Positions 13,908 through 25,554 of a DNA stretch of 64,000 nucleotides are shown here, piece by piece. The notes under the pieces are model-generated. The model made no database searches, had not been told where the DNA came from, and saw only the letters and a list, made by a program, of their open reading frames with translations. The position numbers were made by a program, and so were the translations under genes. The DNA is taken from NCBI GenBank assembly GCA_010015585.1, contig ML975178.1; one strand, 5' to 3'. Position 1 is the first letter of the stretch. Every line of letters begins with the position of its first letter. The DNA comes from Eremomyces bilateralis CBS 781.70. Lineage: Eukaryota.

Positions 13908-14410
13908 GATCCTGAAGCGTCGGATTTCATTTTCTCGCATCCGGTCCTGCGCTTAAAAATGACATTGACACCGCTAGATCTCAGCCATCAAGTTCTCAGC
14001 ACGAAAGCTGTTCGACATACGCAATTGTTTGGCTCGAACTAGCCTCTTGACCCGTCGAGCGCCGATACCTCCCACACACTACCAGCGCTACGAGCGCTAT
14101 TCACCTAGATCATGTCCTTTTTTACTAGTACCTATACAGAAGTCTTTGCAATCACAGAAGGCCCACTACTGCATGATCCTCTTGCTGTTGTGGCAGCAAC
14201 ACACCTAGAGATATTTGACGACAGAGATGGTGAACGCTTCAATGTAGACATAGTAACCGAAGGTGTTCACTCGCTAACTCAAGCGGATGTGGGCGAGCTG
14301 GGACGAACCAAAGCTACGAAATTGCCGCCCGGAAAAGGCGGCTGCCGGATTCCGCGGGGCGTGGACCTCCCTAAATTCTGGGGTTTGATAGAGGATAGTC
14401 TGAAGATGTC
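13908..14410 (+). pseudogene. Inosine/uridine-preferring nucleoside hydrolase (URH1-like) C-terminal fragment
   Basis: DPEAS..PLDLSHQV..FFTSTY..GPLLHDPLAV..FWGLIEDSL in one frame, with TAG stops at 14040-14042 and 14106-14108. Upstream DNA is highly TpA-rich. Confidence 0.8.
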
Positions 14411-14516
14411 AAGATCTGATGTCATTACTTAGTCATTCGTTTCCCCTCTTCGGCTATTACTTAGTTATGCGTATATCTACCTCGTTCGGTATTCTACTTC
14501 TTACAGAAATACAAGC

Positions 14517-14720
14517 TGTCGCACGTGATGTGCTAAAATGGTTGGGAGTTGGGTGCTGTTGTTACAGCCGCGAAGTTGTTGTATTGTGTGTTGTGTGTAA
14601 GTTGTGTGTTCTATGTAAATGCCTGGTCCCCCGGCCCTACAGATATAAGAGAGTCATGACAAGATTATTAATGCAGTTTGTAGCCTCGGGCTCCCTTAGA
14701 TGAAACCTTGGTCTGCGACA
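14517..14720 (+). mobile_element. Intact 204-bp solo LTR
   Basis: TGTCGCA...TGCGACA termini; 5-bp TSD CAAGC at 14512-14516 and 14721-14725. Confidence 0.92.
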
Positions 14721-14725
14721 CAAGC

Positions 14726-17700
14726 ACTTTACATTCTTCGTCACGTAACCTATTGCTTCCGTGTGGATAGACACGCTAAGCTATCAACAGTTATGAGCCC
14801 AATTTGCCTTAAAGCTCGATCTCTATATCAGCTTTCCTATTAACCTCAATCCGGACCATTGTTTCTCAAAGCAACGTCCCCTTTCCGCCCTTTTCCGCGT
14901 CCCTCGACGCTATCCCGAGAGACTCGATTCCTACCTACGTCTAGGAACCGTCCTCCTACAACCCTTTTCACTATGTCTTCCTCTACCAACTCCAACCACA
15001 CGGTCACTATCAAGAGCACCTTGAAGGATATCACTGATTGGATCGACTGGTACGAAGAGATCAAGAACTACGCCCAACGCATCAAAGTTTGGGACTACGT
15101 CAACCCAACTTTTGTCGAAACCCCTGCCTTAGATGGAAAGGAAGCTATAACGCAACCTATCCATAAGTCTCCTACTATTCCTTCTCGTCCAACTGCAGAC
15201 ACGGATCTCAGCCTACAACAATGGATCTGGAAATCCTTTGACTACGAGAAAAGGGAGTACGATCTCCGTGAAGCTGAACTGAAGAACCTGGCCAACGCTA
15301 TCACTGCTTCTGTCAGTGGTGGTATGACTCGATACATTAAGGACAAATATCTTGCCAAGGACATGTTGGAGGCGCTCCACCGTTACGCCGCCCCACAGTC
15401 AACTCAATTGGCTTTTTACCTTGAAGAAGAGTTTAACCGCCTAAAGAAGGGCAAGAAGAACCGCAACCAGTCCAATCTCGACTATACCAACGATTGGCTT
15501 AAGCTACAAGAGAAGATTGTGTCTGTCCGTGACCTTGTTGACCACCTTACTGACCGCCATATCTGCCGAGCTTTCATAGCCGCTGCGACTTCAATCGAGA
15601 GGGATTTCCAGGCACATGTCTTTAACCGCATCGCTGGAAACCCGCTTAGCACTACACTGGCTGATCTACCAACACTTATCGACTGGTTCCTCAACCTTGG
15701 AAACTTCCTTAGCAACCAAGACTCCTTACAGAAGTTCGCCAACGCAACCCTCGGAATTGCCGAACAACAACAGCCGCGACGAGGACAACGTGATACGAAG
15801 GCTCCGTCCAGTAACTGCTTCTGTGGAATGAAACACTGGCTCAAGGAATGTCCTTACGTCAATTCCTCTAGGCGATCCAAGGATCATTGCGAAGACCCTG
15901 CTATCGTCGAACGGTTCAAGAAGCTCCCTCAAAAATCGCTTGAGAGGATCTATAAGCAGCTCCAGGACGACAAGGTTACGGCACCGGCATGGCTTCCTTC
16001 TAATCCAAGTGCACAGCTCGTCGTTCCTCCGGCACCGCAGATTCCAAAGGAGGCGAACACTATCAATATCGCGTCAATTGATCGCCAGCCTTATGCCACC
16101 AATCGATTTATCTTTGACACTGGTGCAAACGTTCATGTCTGTCATGATATCCACCGCTTCCATGACTTTAACCCCAATGATACTGGAGCCATTCGTTTCG
16201 GTTTGGTCCTCCACCAGTATCACGGTACTGGGTCAGTCAACGTTATCTATAAGGATACTTATGGTAACAACCGGACTATGGAGCTACAGGGGGTCATCTA
16301 CCTCCCCGGCTACCATATCAACATCGCGGGCGGACTGCTCTTCGATCAGATCGATATTTATCACTTTGGCAAGGATCACTCCTTACGCCATAGAAATGGT
16401 GATCACTATATTGCGAGACTCTTTAAGGAGAATCACCTGCTCTTTCTCGAAGCTCCAGACAGTATCGTTCCACAGCCTGCTGTCTATACTGCCAACGCAG
16501 CGTCGTCCTACGACATCTCTATGACCACAGCTCCGCTAGAGCAATGGCATCGACGCCTTGGTCACGCTCGTCTAGACGCTATACGCCACATGCCTGACGC
16601 TGTACAAGGTATCAGAGTTCTCTCACGCTCCTCACTTGATAAAGACGACTCTCTGTGCGACACCTGTAACCTCGCACACGTTCCCAAGCAGAACTCGCGC
16701 GTGCCACAACCACGTGGTAACGCTCCCTTTGAGAAGGTCTGCCTTGACCTGGTCTTCATGGAAAACGCCTTCAACGATGATAGGTATATCCTCCACTTCT
16801 ATGAACCGTACTTGAGGTTTCACAAGGCCTTCCCTATCCGCAATAAGAAACAACAGACACAAATGGCCTGCATCAAGGAATTCATCTGCTGGGTATACAA
16901 CTGGGGATATCGCATCCTTACGCTCCAGCTCGACAACGAGACAGCCCTTAGCGATGAGTTTTCCAAGTTCTGCCGCGACGCTGGAATCGAGGTCATACAC
17001 TCCGCTCCAGGTACACACGACCAGAACGGTTTCGCAGAACGTTCTGGGGGGGTGCTGGTAACTATGTCTCGCAAAATCTGCATCGAGTCTAAACTTCCGA
17101 AGTCTCTCTGGCCTGAATTTGTCGCCCATGCCGAGTATCTGCTCAATCGGACTCCCTTCAAGCACCCTACTCTTGAAAAGTTCATTACCCCTTTTGAGAT
17201 CATTGCGAAGAGGAAGCCAAACCTCTCCCACCTACGGATCATTGGATCTAAGGCTTTCGTACGCAAAGAGAACGCAAAGAAGGATAAGATGGAAGAACGC
17301 GCCAACATAGATTTTCTGACTGGCTACTCTGCCTCAAACATCTATCGTATCTGGGTTCCTTCGCTAAACCGCATCCTCGATAGCCGAGACGTCAGGATCG
17401 ATGAGTCTATTCAGTACGATCCAGTTCTCCACGCTACCCAGTCTCCTCCTTTAGACCAGGATATCCAACGGCTTGAGGTTATAGTTCCTCGCTTCAATAT
17501 GGAACTTCCTCCTATTCCAGATGATGATTCCCTTGACCCTTCTCGAAAACGCAATCCATGCTTTCTCCGTCGCAGTCGCCAAAGCTACTCTAGTTTCTGA
17601 CATGCCTCGTGAACCCCAACACTGGTCTGATATGAAACGCCACTTCTACAGCGCCGAATGGTTCCAGGCAGCCAAGATTGAGATTGCAAAGCTTATCGAG

Positions 17701-18030
17701 ATGGGAACACTTGCCGAGGTTGATATTCCTACAGGCCAACAGGTTCTTCCTGTCCGCTGGGTCTTCAAATATAAGCAGGATCAGAACGGATTCTTCACTA
17801 AGTTCAAAGCTCGCCTCTGTATTCGCGGAGACCTTCAATTCATCCAGAATCGAGACGATCTTTACGCTGCCGCTGGCGCGTACTCCACCTTCCGCGTCCT
17901 AATGGCTCTTATGGCTCTTATGGCCGCCTTTGACCTTGAATGCGTTACCGCTGATGTTACCAATGCATTCGCCAATGCGATTCAAGACAGCGAGGTCTAC
18001 ATCCGTTGCCCCGAAGGCTTTGGTCATAAA
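14726..18030 (+). mobile_element. Ty1/Copia retrotransposon, truncated within RT, no 3' LTR
   Basis: LTR end TCAACA (14784-14789) followed by Copia-type PBS GTTATGAGCCC. Gag-pol from ATG 14973 has a zinc knuckle (CFCGMKHWLKEC), protease (FDTGA) and integrase (WHRRLGH..CDTC; CLDL/LDNE/QNGFAER). After a frame change near 17520-17600 comes the RT N-terminus (WVFKYK..KFKARLC). Similarity ends after EVYIRCPEGF. The LTR start lies upstream of the solo LTR and was not defined. Confidence 0.93.
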
Positions 18031-19055
18031 CGACGAAATTGGCATAGAATTCAGGAATTCATGATCATTTGCCAAGTCACGCTAGTAGCGCCACAGTGCA
18101 CAGACCAGGAAAAAACTTTTGAAAGGCGCCTCCGTAGTTCGAGAGCGATTTCAAACGAGAGTTTGTTTATCTGGGGCTTTCTCTGGAGCTTGTCTACAAT
18201 CAGGCGCTCACTACTCTCCACCACTTCCGATATTACTGGTTTTGTACTATCCTGTCTGCTCCTTACCTAATTTTCTTTGCATACTGTGCCAGTACTCGTC
18301 TATCTACAGCACTATACTTAGCATTCTTCCAGGTAGAACGTCATCTGCTGCCTGTAACGTTTGCCCCTGAACTGATGATATACCAGAACGGCATGGTCAT
18401 GTCTCGTCGCGGAAGTGCCTCCATCTAGCAAGCAGAGCGCGGGCCAAATTGGAAACACAACGCAGTACTTCATTTGCACTCTCATTTTTTTCTTTTTCTC
18501 GCCCCTTCTTAAAAAGGATTTATGCACGTCGTGGCACGGGGTTATGTGATTGGCTGCTGACTGGGCTGGGCGGATTTATGTCGTGGTAGCAGGGGGCTAT
18601 GTGATTGGCTGCGGAATGTCTAATTGCCAAATATGGGCTGAATCATGGTACTACCTCTTACCAACTCCGATGGAACCCCTGAGGATAAAACCCTCCACTA
18701 TACCGCTGTTAGTATGTGAAGTGAGAGATCAGAGATTCAAACACATCTAATTGGGAGCTCTGATTTGACGCAACAGGCATTCGGAGCCACCACAGGGATT
18801 AACAAGGGTTCCATCGGATGTGGTAAGAGGCAGTAGGTTCACATTACTCGCCAGACGTTGGGGGCGGAGCATGGTGTTCAAGCCATGTGTACTTGGTGAT
18901 GAAGGTACCTATAAAGCGATCCGAGCAGCATCTACACTGATCTATTGCACAGTCACTCTTCCCCGTTGACCACTGTCAACTGCCATTCTTCTCCCGTTGG
19001 CTAGTGCCAGCTGCCATTCGTTTGACTAGTCATTCATTCAAAACGTTTACGCACT

Positions 19056-21068
19056 ATGCGTTTTACCTGGGCCACCGCCGGCCTGGCATTGAACGCCGCA
19101 GTCCACGCCAGTCCCCTCCGGCTGGCCGAGCTGCCTACGACGACATGCAAGTTTGACGCCAGGAAGCCCGAGACTTGGAAGGACAGCGGTGCCGCCATCT
19201 ACGTAGATGAGTGGCTGAATGACAACGGATCTAGTGCGACTGTTTCTTCCCCCGTACATCGCAGAAGGCTAACAAAGACACAGACAAGTGGCTCTATAAG
19301 ATGGATATGGAGCAAACCGGGGGCTCTTCTGCCGTCGAGTGCTCCGGTACCAGCGGACAGGCGTGCCCTGTTCCCGAGGGATCCGATTGTCCCAACTATA
19401 ATCCAACCGAATGTTAGTGTCCACGAGCCGAAAACGTGGCAGTGCTTGGAACGCAGGTTGACTTCTATCCAGTCTTCTACGTCCGGACGATTGCTTCTCG
19501 TGTCAATGAAGCCTTCCGATACGCTAGAGACAAACTCCTCAGCAATACCCTTGCGACAACTCTCAGTATCTCAACCATTGTTGAAGACTTCAAGCTGCCC
19601 GAGCCAGACCCAGCTGAGCTGACCAAGCTCCTCAGAAGTCTGGGCGCAGGTACGTACCGTTCACTTTGCCAGCTGGGTGTGAATTGACTTGACTTAGCAT
19701 CTTCCATGAGTGACAAGATCATCAAACAGGCCAAGGTCCTTGGCCCGGTCGCCGATTTTTTGGGCTTCTTGGGTGGCATCATTCAGATCGCAGCTATTCA
19801 TTCCCCGGCCCCAGAGGTTAGAGATTATGCCAAGTTCCAGACCGAAATGGAGTCATATCTATCGAAAATCTTCACCTCAACAGAGAAGCTGTTGCACGAG
19901 ACCATTGTGGCTATCTTTGGTGAAGGTGCTGGTGACGAGGAGAATGACCCGCAGAAGATTAAGGACGTTCTAAAATTCATGTCGTCCAAGGGTCGCACTG
20001 ACATCGATTATAACTCCAAACAACCCGTGGCTGAGCTACTGAAAGGAGGCGCCATGATGGTCCCAGTCCAGCAATCTGAGATCGGCAAGTCGATCGATGA
20101 AGCAATCGAAATTCTGGTCAGTATTGCGGTCTCATTGCGTAATCAGCAACAGAAGGAGCTAACAAAACGCAGCAACACGGTATCATTGGTAGATACCTCA
20201 CCAGTCTGCGTGTCTACGTCGAATACTTTGAGCCGTACCACAAGACCGAGGACAAGGACATTCCCAAATGTGGTAGCAAGGGTGCCTACGATATCGATGG
20301 CAAGTGCTACATCCTCAGACGCATTGAGTCTGGCAAGAAGGGCAACGACCGACGACCGAAATTTGAAGACAAGTACCTCGATGCCATGGAGAAGTACGGT
20401 ATTGACATCCAAAAGTTCGTGGCGAACGTTGTCCAGTGCAACAACGGTGAGTTGGAGGAGGACCACGTCGAGTTCGATGGGGACTATCCCAAGTGCTTCT
20501 TTGGCATGCCTGTTGCCATTTACGCTGATGTGAGTAGCCTAAACACCTGGCAATGTTCGTTCCGAGTACCAATACAGGCCTTTCACTGACCTGAGCCTCC
20601 TACTTCTAGAACTACCGGGACTGGGACCGCCCATCCTCGATCACCGACAAAACCTGCCACGCACAGTATCGCAACTTCAAGGACCTGCCGGACTGGCTGA
20701 CAGGCAATGCCGAATCTACGTGCAACCGCGTCTCCACCCCCGAGGTCGTTGACTGCACAATCCACGCCCCAGCGGCCGGTGACCCCTGGACCGAGGCGGC
20801 TCTCGACCGCCGCCGGGTGCACATCAAGACCGAGGGCATTGACGCGGCCGAGTTCAAGGAATACTACTACGACGGCCGCCAATGCGTGGGCATCTCCAAC
20901 AGACAGTACTATCCAGAGAAGGACGGTTCCGGCTATATTCTCGACGGCAATGCGGCCAAGGGGATCCCAGGCTGGCGCACGTGGCACAACTGCATGGTCG
21001 ACCGGCTCCAGAATTGGGCCGACAAGCGTGGCTGTAAGCTTGATTCGGCCTATACCGAATTGGCCTGA
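19056..21068 (+). CDS. Multi-exon secreted Cys-containing protein of unknown function (cargo gene)
   Basis: Signal peptide MRFTWATAGLALNAAVHA. Coding-like ORF blocks (19436-19687, 19706-~20117, 20386-~20529, 20817-21068) are separated by short introns with CTAAC/CTGAC branch sites; strong C/G third-position bias. Confidence 0.75.
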
Positions 21069-21416
21069 TCGAGCGTATTGATAAGATGCATCATCGGGTT
21101 ATGTACCTATGTGCCGACCGACTGAGGGGCGGGTGTTCCATTCAGCGAGACGAGACGAGCTACTGACGATAGACAACAGCATTGGTATCAGAGAGGGTAT
21201 TCTGAGTTTCGACTACGATTGGTGTACGATTTTCTATTGCATTGTATGTTTAGTACTTACTTCTTTTCGCCCTTGCGAGGGAGGGAGGCTTCCGGTGGTG
21301 GCGCCCGGTTACCTTATGTGACCGGGCGGGTAGCTTGTAGCTTATAGGCAGCCGCCTCAGATAGACGTATGAATTATCCTTCACTACACGCATAATTCTA
21401 TTAGGTCGCTCAACCT

Positions 21417-21867
21417 TAGGGCTGGACACGAATAAGGAATTTGGCTATTCGTATTCGACTTTTCCTCTTGAACGATTATTCGTATTCGACTAAGTTTTGA
21501 GACGTTTTATTCGTATTATTCGCGAATATTCGTAAATAATGCCAAGACTTATTCGGCAAAAGCCGAGCCAATGAATGAATGCCCAGCAGTCGCGACTTTT
21601 GTTTACCCGAACACGATCTGGAGGATTTGAGCTCTAAGAGATACAAAGCATATCAATAGCGTCGAATTGATCACTCCTGACGATTCAGCAAGCCAAGTGA
21701 CCCCAGCTCAAAGCTCTCTGTCGACCATCTCTCCGATGCGAGATACATGGAAATAGCTTCAGAGATAGACGAATAATTACGAATAATTACGAATAATGCG
21801 AATATTATTCGTACGAATATTAGTAAGCGGAAATTCTAAATTTTATTCGTATTCGTGTCCAGCCCTA
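21417..21867. mobile_element. Non-autonomous hAT-like element/MITE (451 bp)
   Basis: 18-bp perfect TIR TAGGGCTGGACACGAATA / TATTCGTGTCCAGCCCTA; subterminal TATTCG / CGAATAATTA repeats; no matching TSD. Confidence 0.85.
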
Positions 21868-22169
21868 CATTCGATAGACCACGACGGCCAGAGGTCGGCA
21901 ATGGACGACACCATTCAAAGATGAAGATGGTAGGAAAGAATTCGCGAGGGCAAAGTGGGTGCATCCTGATCATGGGGATCACTTTCAATACACCGTGTTG
22001 TATACAGGCTGTGCAGTTAGTCAGCCCGAGTCCGTGTAAGTTTGAGTTGGAAAAAACCGAAAAATACCACACTTCGATTTGCGGCGCCAAGGGATAGTTC
22101 ACTTTGTGCCGACGATTCGCCGATTGGTGCGACCGCCGAACCCGAAAGTCATGCCGGGTCGATGAGGTT

Positions 22170-22252
22170 TACAGATATACGAGAGTCACGGCAAGATTAT
22201 TAATGCAGTTTGTAGCCTTGGACTCCTAGAGCTCATGCCTTAGCCTGCGACA
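22170..22252 (+). mobile_element. 3' half of the split solo LTR
   Basis: Aligns with 14638-14720, ends TGCGACA, and is followed by GAACC (22253-22257). Confidence 0.9.
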
Positions 22253-23025
22253 GAACCCTTTCCCCCTGCAATTGCTTGTACCTGATGATCGCGGCATCCA
22301 TATCTCTTGTCAAACTCTCACATTCATAGTCAATAACGCGTCCAATCGTACTCGAGCCTAACACAAGACCTTCATTGGAGTATAACATAAATGCAGCCTA
22401 GATGTCGTCCTTTGTTCCTCGCCCCATACACGACCTTTAGCTCTATGTCATTACAAGAAATGGCCGCCGGCAAAACGGCACGATTACATGTCTTTCGAAC
22501 ATGCCATTCTCTTTGTAGGTATCAATTGCCATGAAGACCCAACTCCTCTCGAGCCCCCGCCTTTTATACCCCGGATATGCATGTCGATTGCGGGGAAACG
22601 ATAGTGTGGGGTCTGCTCTGGAGTGCGTGAACCTGGTTGAACTGGAATATCAACCTCTCCCTAGGGCCGAACCGCATTGCATTGCGGAGAGCCCCCTCAG
22701 TCTTCACAAGCTTCATAGCTAAGACTGCCAGCAACTAACGGTTCTTGGCCATGATTGTCGTTCTCTTTACGATGTACGACGAGAATGATTGGCAAAAATG
22801 GTCATTCTACGGTTTGTGTGCCAATCGGCTTTGGTTATTATACTCATTCACTGTTCAATGTCTTTGCCGTCGGTACTCTTCGGGAAAAGAGGGGAATATT
22901 TGCTTTCTGAATCTGATATTAAATAGAACATGGCAGGTATTATTTCCCGGTGTCATTGAGTCTTCGTTATCCTGTCATTCAATTCTGGTCCCAGGAACTC
23001 TAGAAGCGAGGATCTTGCTATCAAG

Positions 23026-24906
23026 ATGAAGCCCAATACCATTCATCAGGAGGAAGAGACGGTGGGATACACTGTAAGCGTCCCAACAAGCCGCAAGTCA
23101 AGGAGTCACTAACAGGCCGAAAGGGAAAAGAGGCGATTGGCGCCCAGAAAGGGGGAGTCGACAATGGTGTAGATGTGGCAGCCATGCTGGGCGACAAAGG
23201 GTCTGAAGAAGAGGTCGAGATCAGTGAGGCTGAGAAACAGGCAACTCGAAGGGTCATACGAAAAATCGATATGAGGCTACTACCCGTCCTGGCTGTCATC
23301 TATGCTTTTGCATTGATCGACCGTATCAACCTGCCAACTGTACGGGAGGAGGTATCCCACTGACTACTCCTAGCTAACATGAACAGGCTCGCATTGCTGG
23401 TATGGACGAGGATCTCGAACTTTCCGAGGGTGATCGCTATTCCATTGTCACCATGATGGTATATTTCCGCAAACCTGATACTTGGGGTCATAGCTAACGG
23501 TTGGAAAGTTCTTCATCCCCTATGTCATCTTCCAGTTTCCAGCGAATATCATCATCCGCAAACTGGGCGCGGCTTCATGGCTTTCGTCGCTTGTGATCGC
23601 ATGGGGAGCTGTGACTATCGCTATGGGCTTCACTCATCGATGGACTGAACTGCTCGGATGCCGTGTTATTATGGGAGTGCTCGAGGTGAGCAACAAGATG
23701 GCCCATTCTCCGTGAAAATTATGCACTTACCATTCTAAGGCTGGATACTACCCCGGCTGCGTATACCTCCTTTCCTGCTGGTATGTCCGGTACGAGATTC
23801 AGAAGCGCTTCAGTGCTTTCTACCTCCTTGCGCTTCTGGCCACGGGGTTTTCAAGCATTCTAGCGTATGGCCTCATGCAAATGAAGGGACTTGCTGGCTT
23901 GAATGGGTGGCGTTGGATCTTCATCATTGTACGCAGTCAGTCCTCCATTGAGGGAGGACGAGATACTGATGCTTTGAACAGGAGGGTATCATCACTGCGC
24001 TGCTTGGCTTCCTGGGCCTCGCCGCAATTATTGATTTCCCCGACAAGGCTACTAAACCTGGCCTTATCATCAAGAAACCTTTCCTCACGATTGAAGAGGC
24101 ACGCCTCGTTGTTAACCGCATCAATCGCGACCGTGGCGATGCGGTCGTTGACAAGTTAACAAAACAGGTGGTACTCGGACATTTGAAAGACTGGAAGCTT
24201 TGGGAGTTTGCTTGGCTGTACTTCCTCAATGTTTGTTTCTCTTACCTATTGCACCCTACATCTACTAACTAGAAATAGAACGTCGTGACCTACTCCTTTG
24301 GTTATTTTCTCCCGATCATCCTGAAAAACGGCATGGGTTACTCGACCGCCATGAGCCAGATCCTCGCCTTCCCTCCTTGCGTGGTGGCCACGATCTGGAT
24401 GTTCACGACGGCATACCTAGCCGACAAATACCGGAAGCGCGGCATTGTCATTATTTTCAACGCTGTCATGGCAATTCTTGGGGTCAGCATGATGGCGTTT
24501 CTTGACCGACCTCGAGACCGCTACGCTGGCATCTTTCTGGGCATCTCCGCAGCCAACTCCAACGTCCCATCGCTTCTAACCTACATGCATAATAACATCG
24601 TCGGCCAGACCAAGCGAGCTATTGGCTCTGCTTTGCTCATCGGTGGGGGAGCCGTAGGGGGCATTGCTGCATCGAATATTTTCCGTCAGCAGGACGCCCC
24701 TGAATACACGTATGTCAACCCTGTCCCGTTCCTTCAGATTAGACTAATGTTATTACAGCCCAGCAATGATCGTGGTTATCGTCACACAAGCTGTGACAGT
24801 CGTTCATGTTCTAAAGAACTTCTGGGTCTACTCTAGGTCAAATGCGAAAGCTGAACGTGGGGAGATCTTAATTGAAGGGCAAGAGGGATTCCGCTATACT
24901 TTGTAG
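23026..24906 (+). CDS. MFS transporter, allantoate/nicotinate permease (Dal5/Tna1, ACS) family, multi-exon
   Basis: KIDMRLLP, LIDRINL, YLLSCWY, GLNGWRWIFII and GQTKRA motifs; C-terminal EGFRYTL; about seven short introns. Confidence 0.92.
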
Positions 24907-25554
24907 ATGTATATTAAAATCCTGTTGAGTAGAAACCATTAAATTAAATAGTAGTATTAAATTGATGTCATAAGGATGCTGAGCTAATGCCTCAACCTAG
25001 CTTGAGACCATAGTGAAACCTTTCCCAATGACAGTTTTCAAGCCGCTCACTGCCATACCGATGATTAATTGTACTTAAGCCTCCATTTTAGGGGAGGGAC
25101 TATACGGCAGACTTCTTCACAAACCTGGAGATTCGTGGGTCGAGGAGCACCCGAGGTTCGAACCTGGGTACTGCTTCAGATATTGTTCTGAATATTAACA
25201 GCGACCGCTATTGCTTCCATTACGGCCACATCACAACGAATTATACACGGTGGAAGAAATTCGGTTATTGGGTTGTATATAGTGAAATATAATGTGGGTG
25301 AATTGCTAGGTGAATACACTAATCAGCCGGCTCCCTTATCTTACATGTGAGAGAGGCCTCCAGATCCAGCCCATATCAGGTCCACTGCTGACGGTGGGAG
25401 GTTCAAATGCCTACGCGCCTCAAAAGACGGCTGTTGACACAGAGTCTTTGATAATTCGGCATAGATAATGGACCACTCATATCCCTCCTTGTCAGATACT
25501 ATTTACAGGCAAGCCTCTCCTCCCCCGAACCGACAGTGACCCACAGGATATCAC

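Larger units (their letters stand above)
12569..22169. mobile_element. ~9.6-kb cargo-bearing insertion (non-autonomous, Starship-like candidate)
   Basis: Lies exactly between the two halves of one LTR. TACA direct repeat at both junctions (12565-12568, 22170-22173). Imperfect subterminal inverted repeat 12576-12586 / 22154-22164. Confidence 0.7.

Noticed and set aside
17500..17600. Programmed frameshift in the Copia pol
   Set aside because: Copia integrase-RT is normally one frame; a deletion or indel in a truncated copy is the simpler explanation.
21770..21825. CRISPR-like repeats CGAATAATTA
   Set aside because: Short tandem subterminal repeats of a MITE with no spacers, in a eukaryotic context.
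12569..22169. Canonical Helitron explanation for the insert
   Set aside because: It starts with TC but has no CTRR 3' end, and the TACA duplication is atypical for Helitrons.
14517..22252. Full-length Copia bounded by LTRs at 14517 and 22252
   Set aside because: The TSDs pair differently (CAAGC around 14517-14720; GAACC around 12445-22252), and the Copia PBS follows a different LTR end at 14789.
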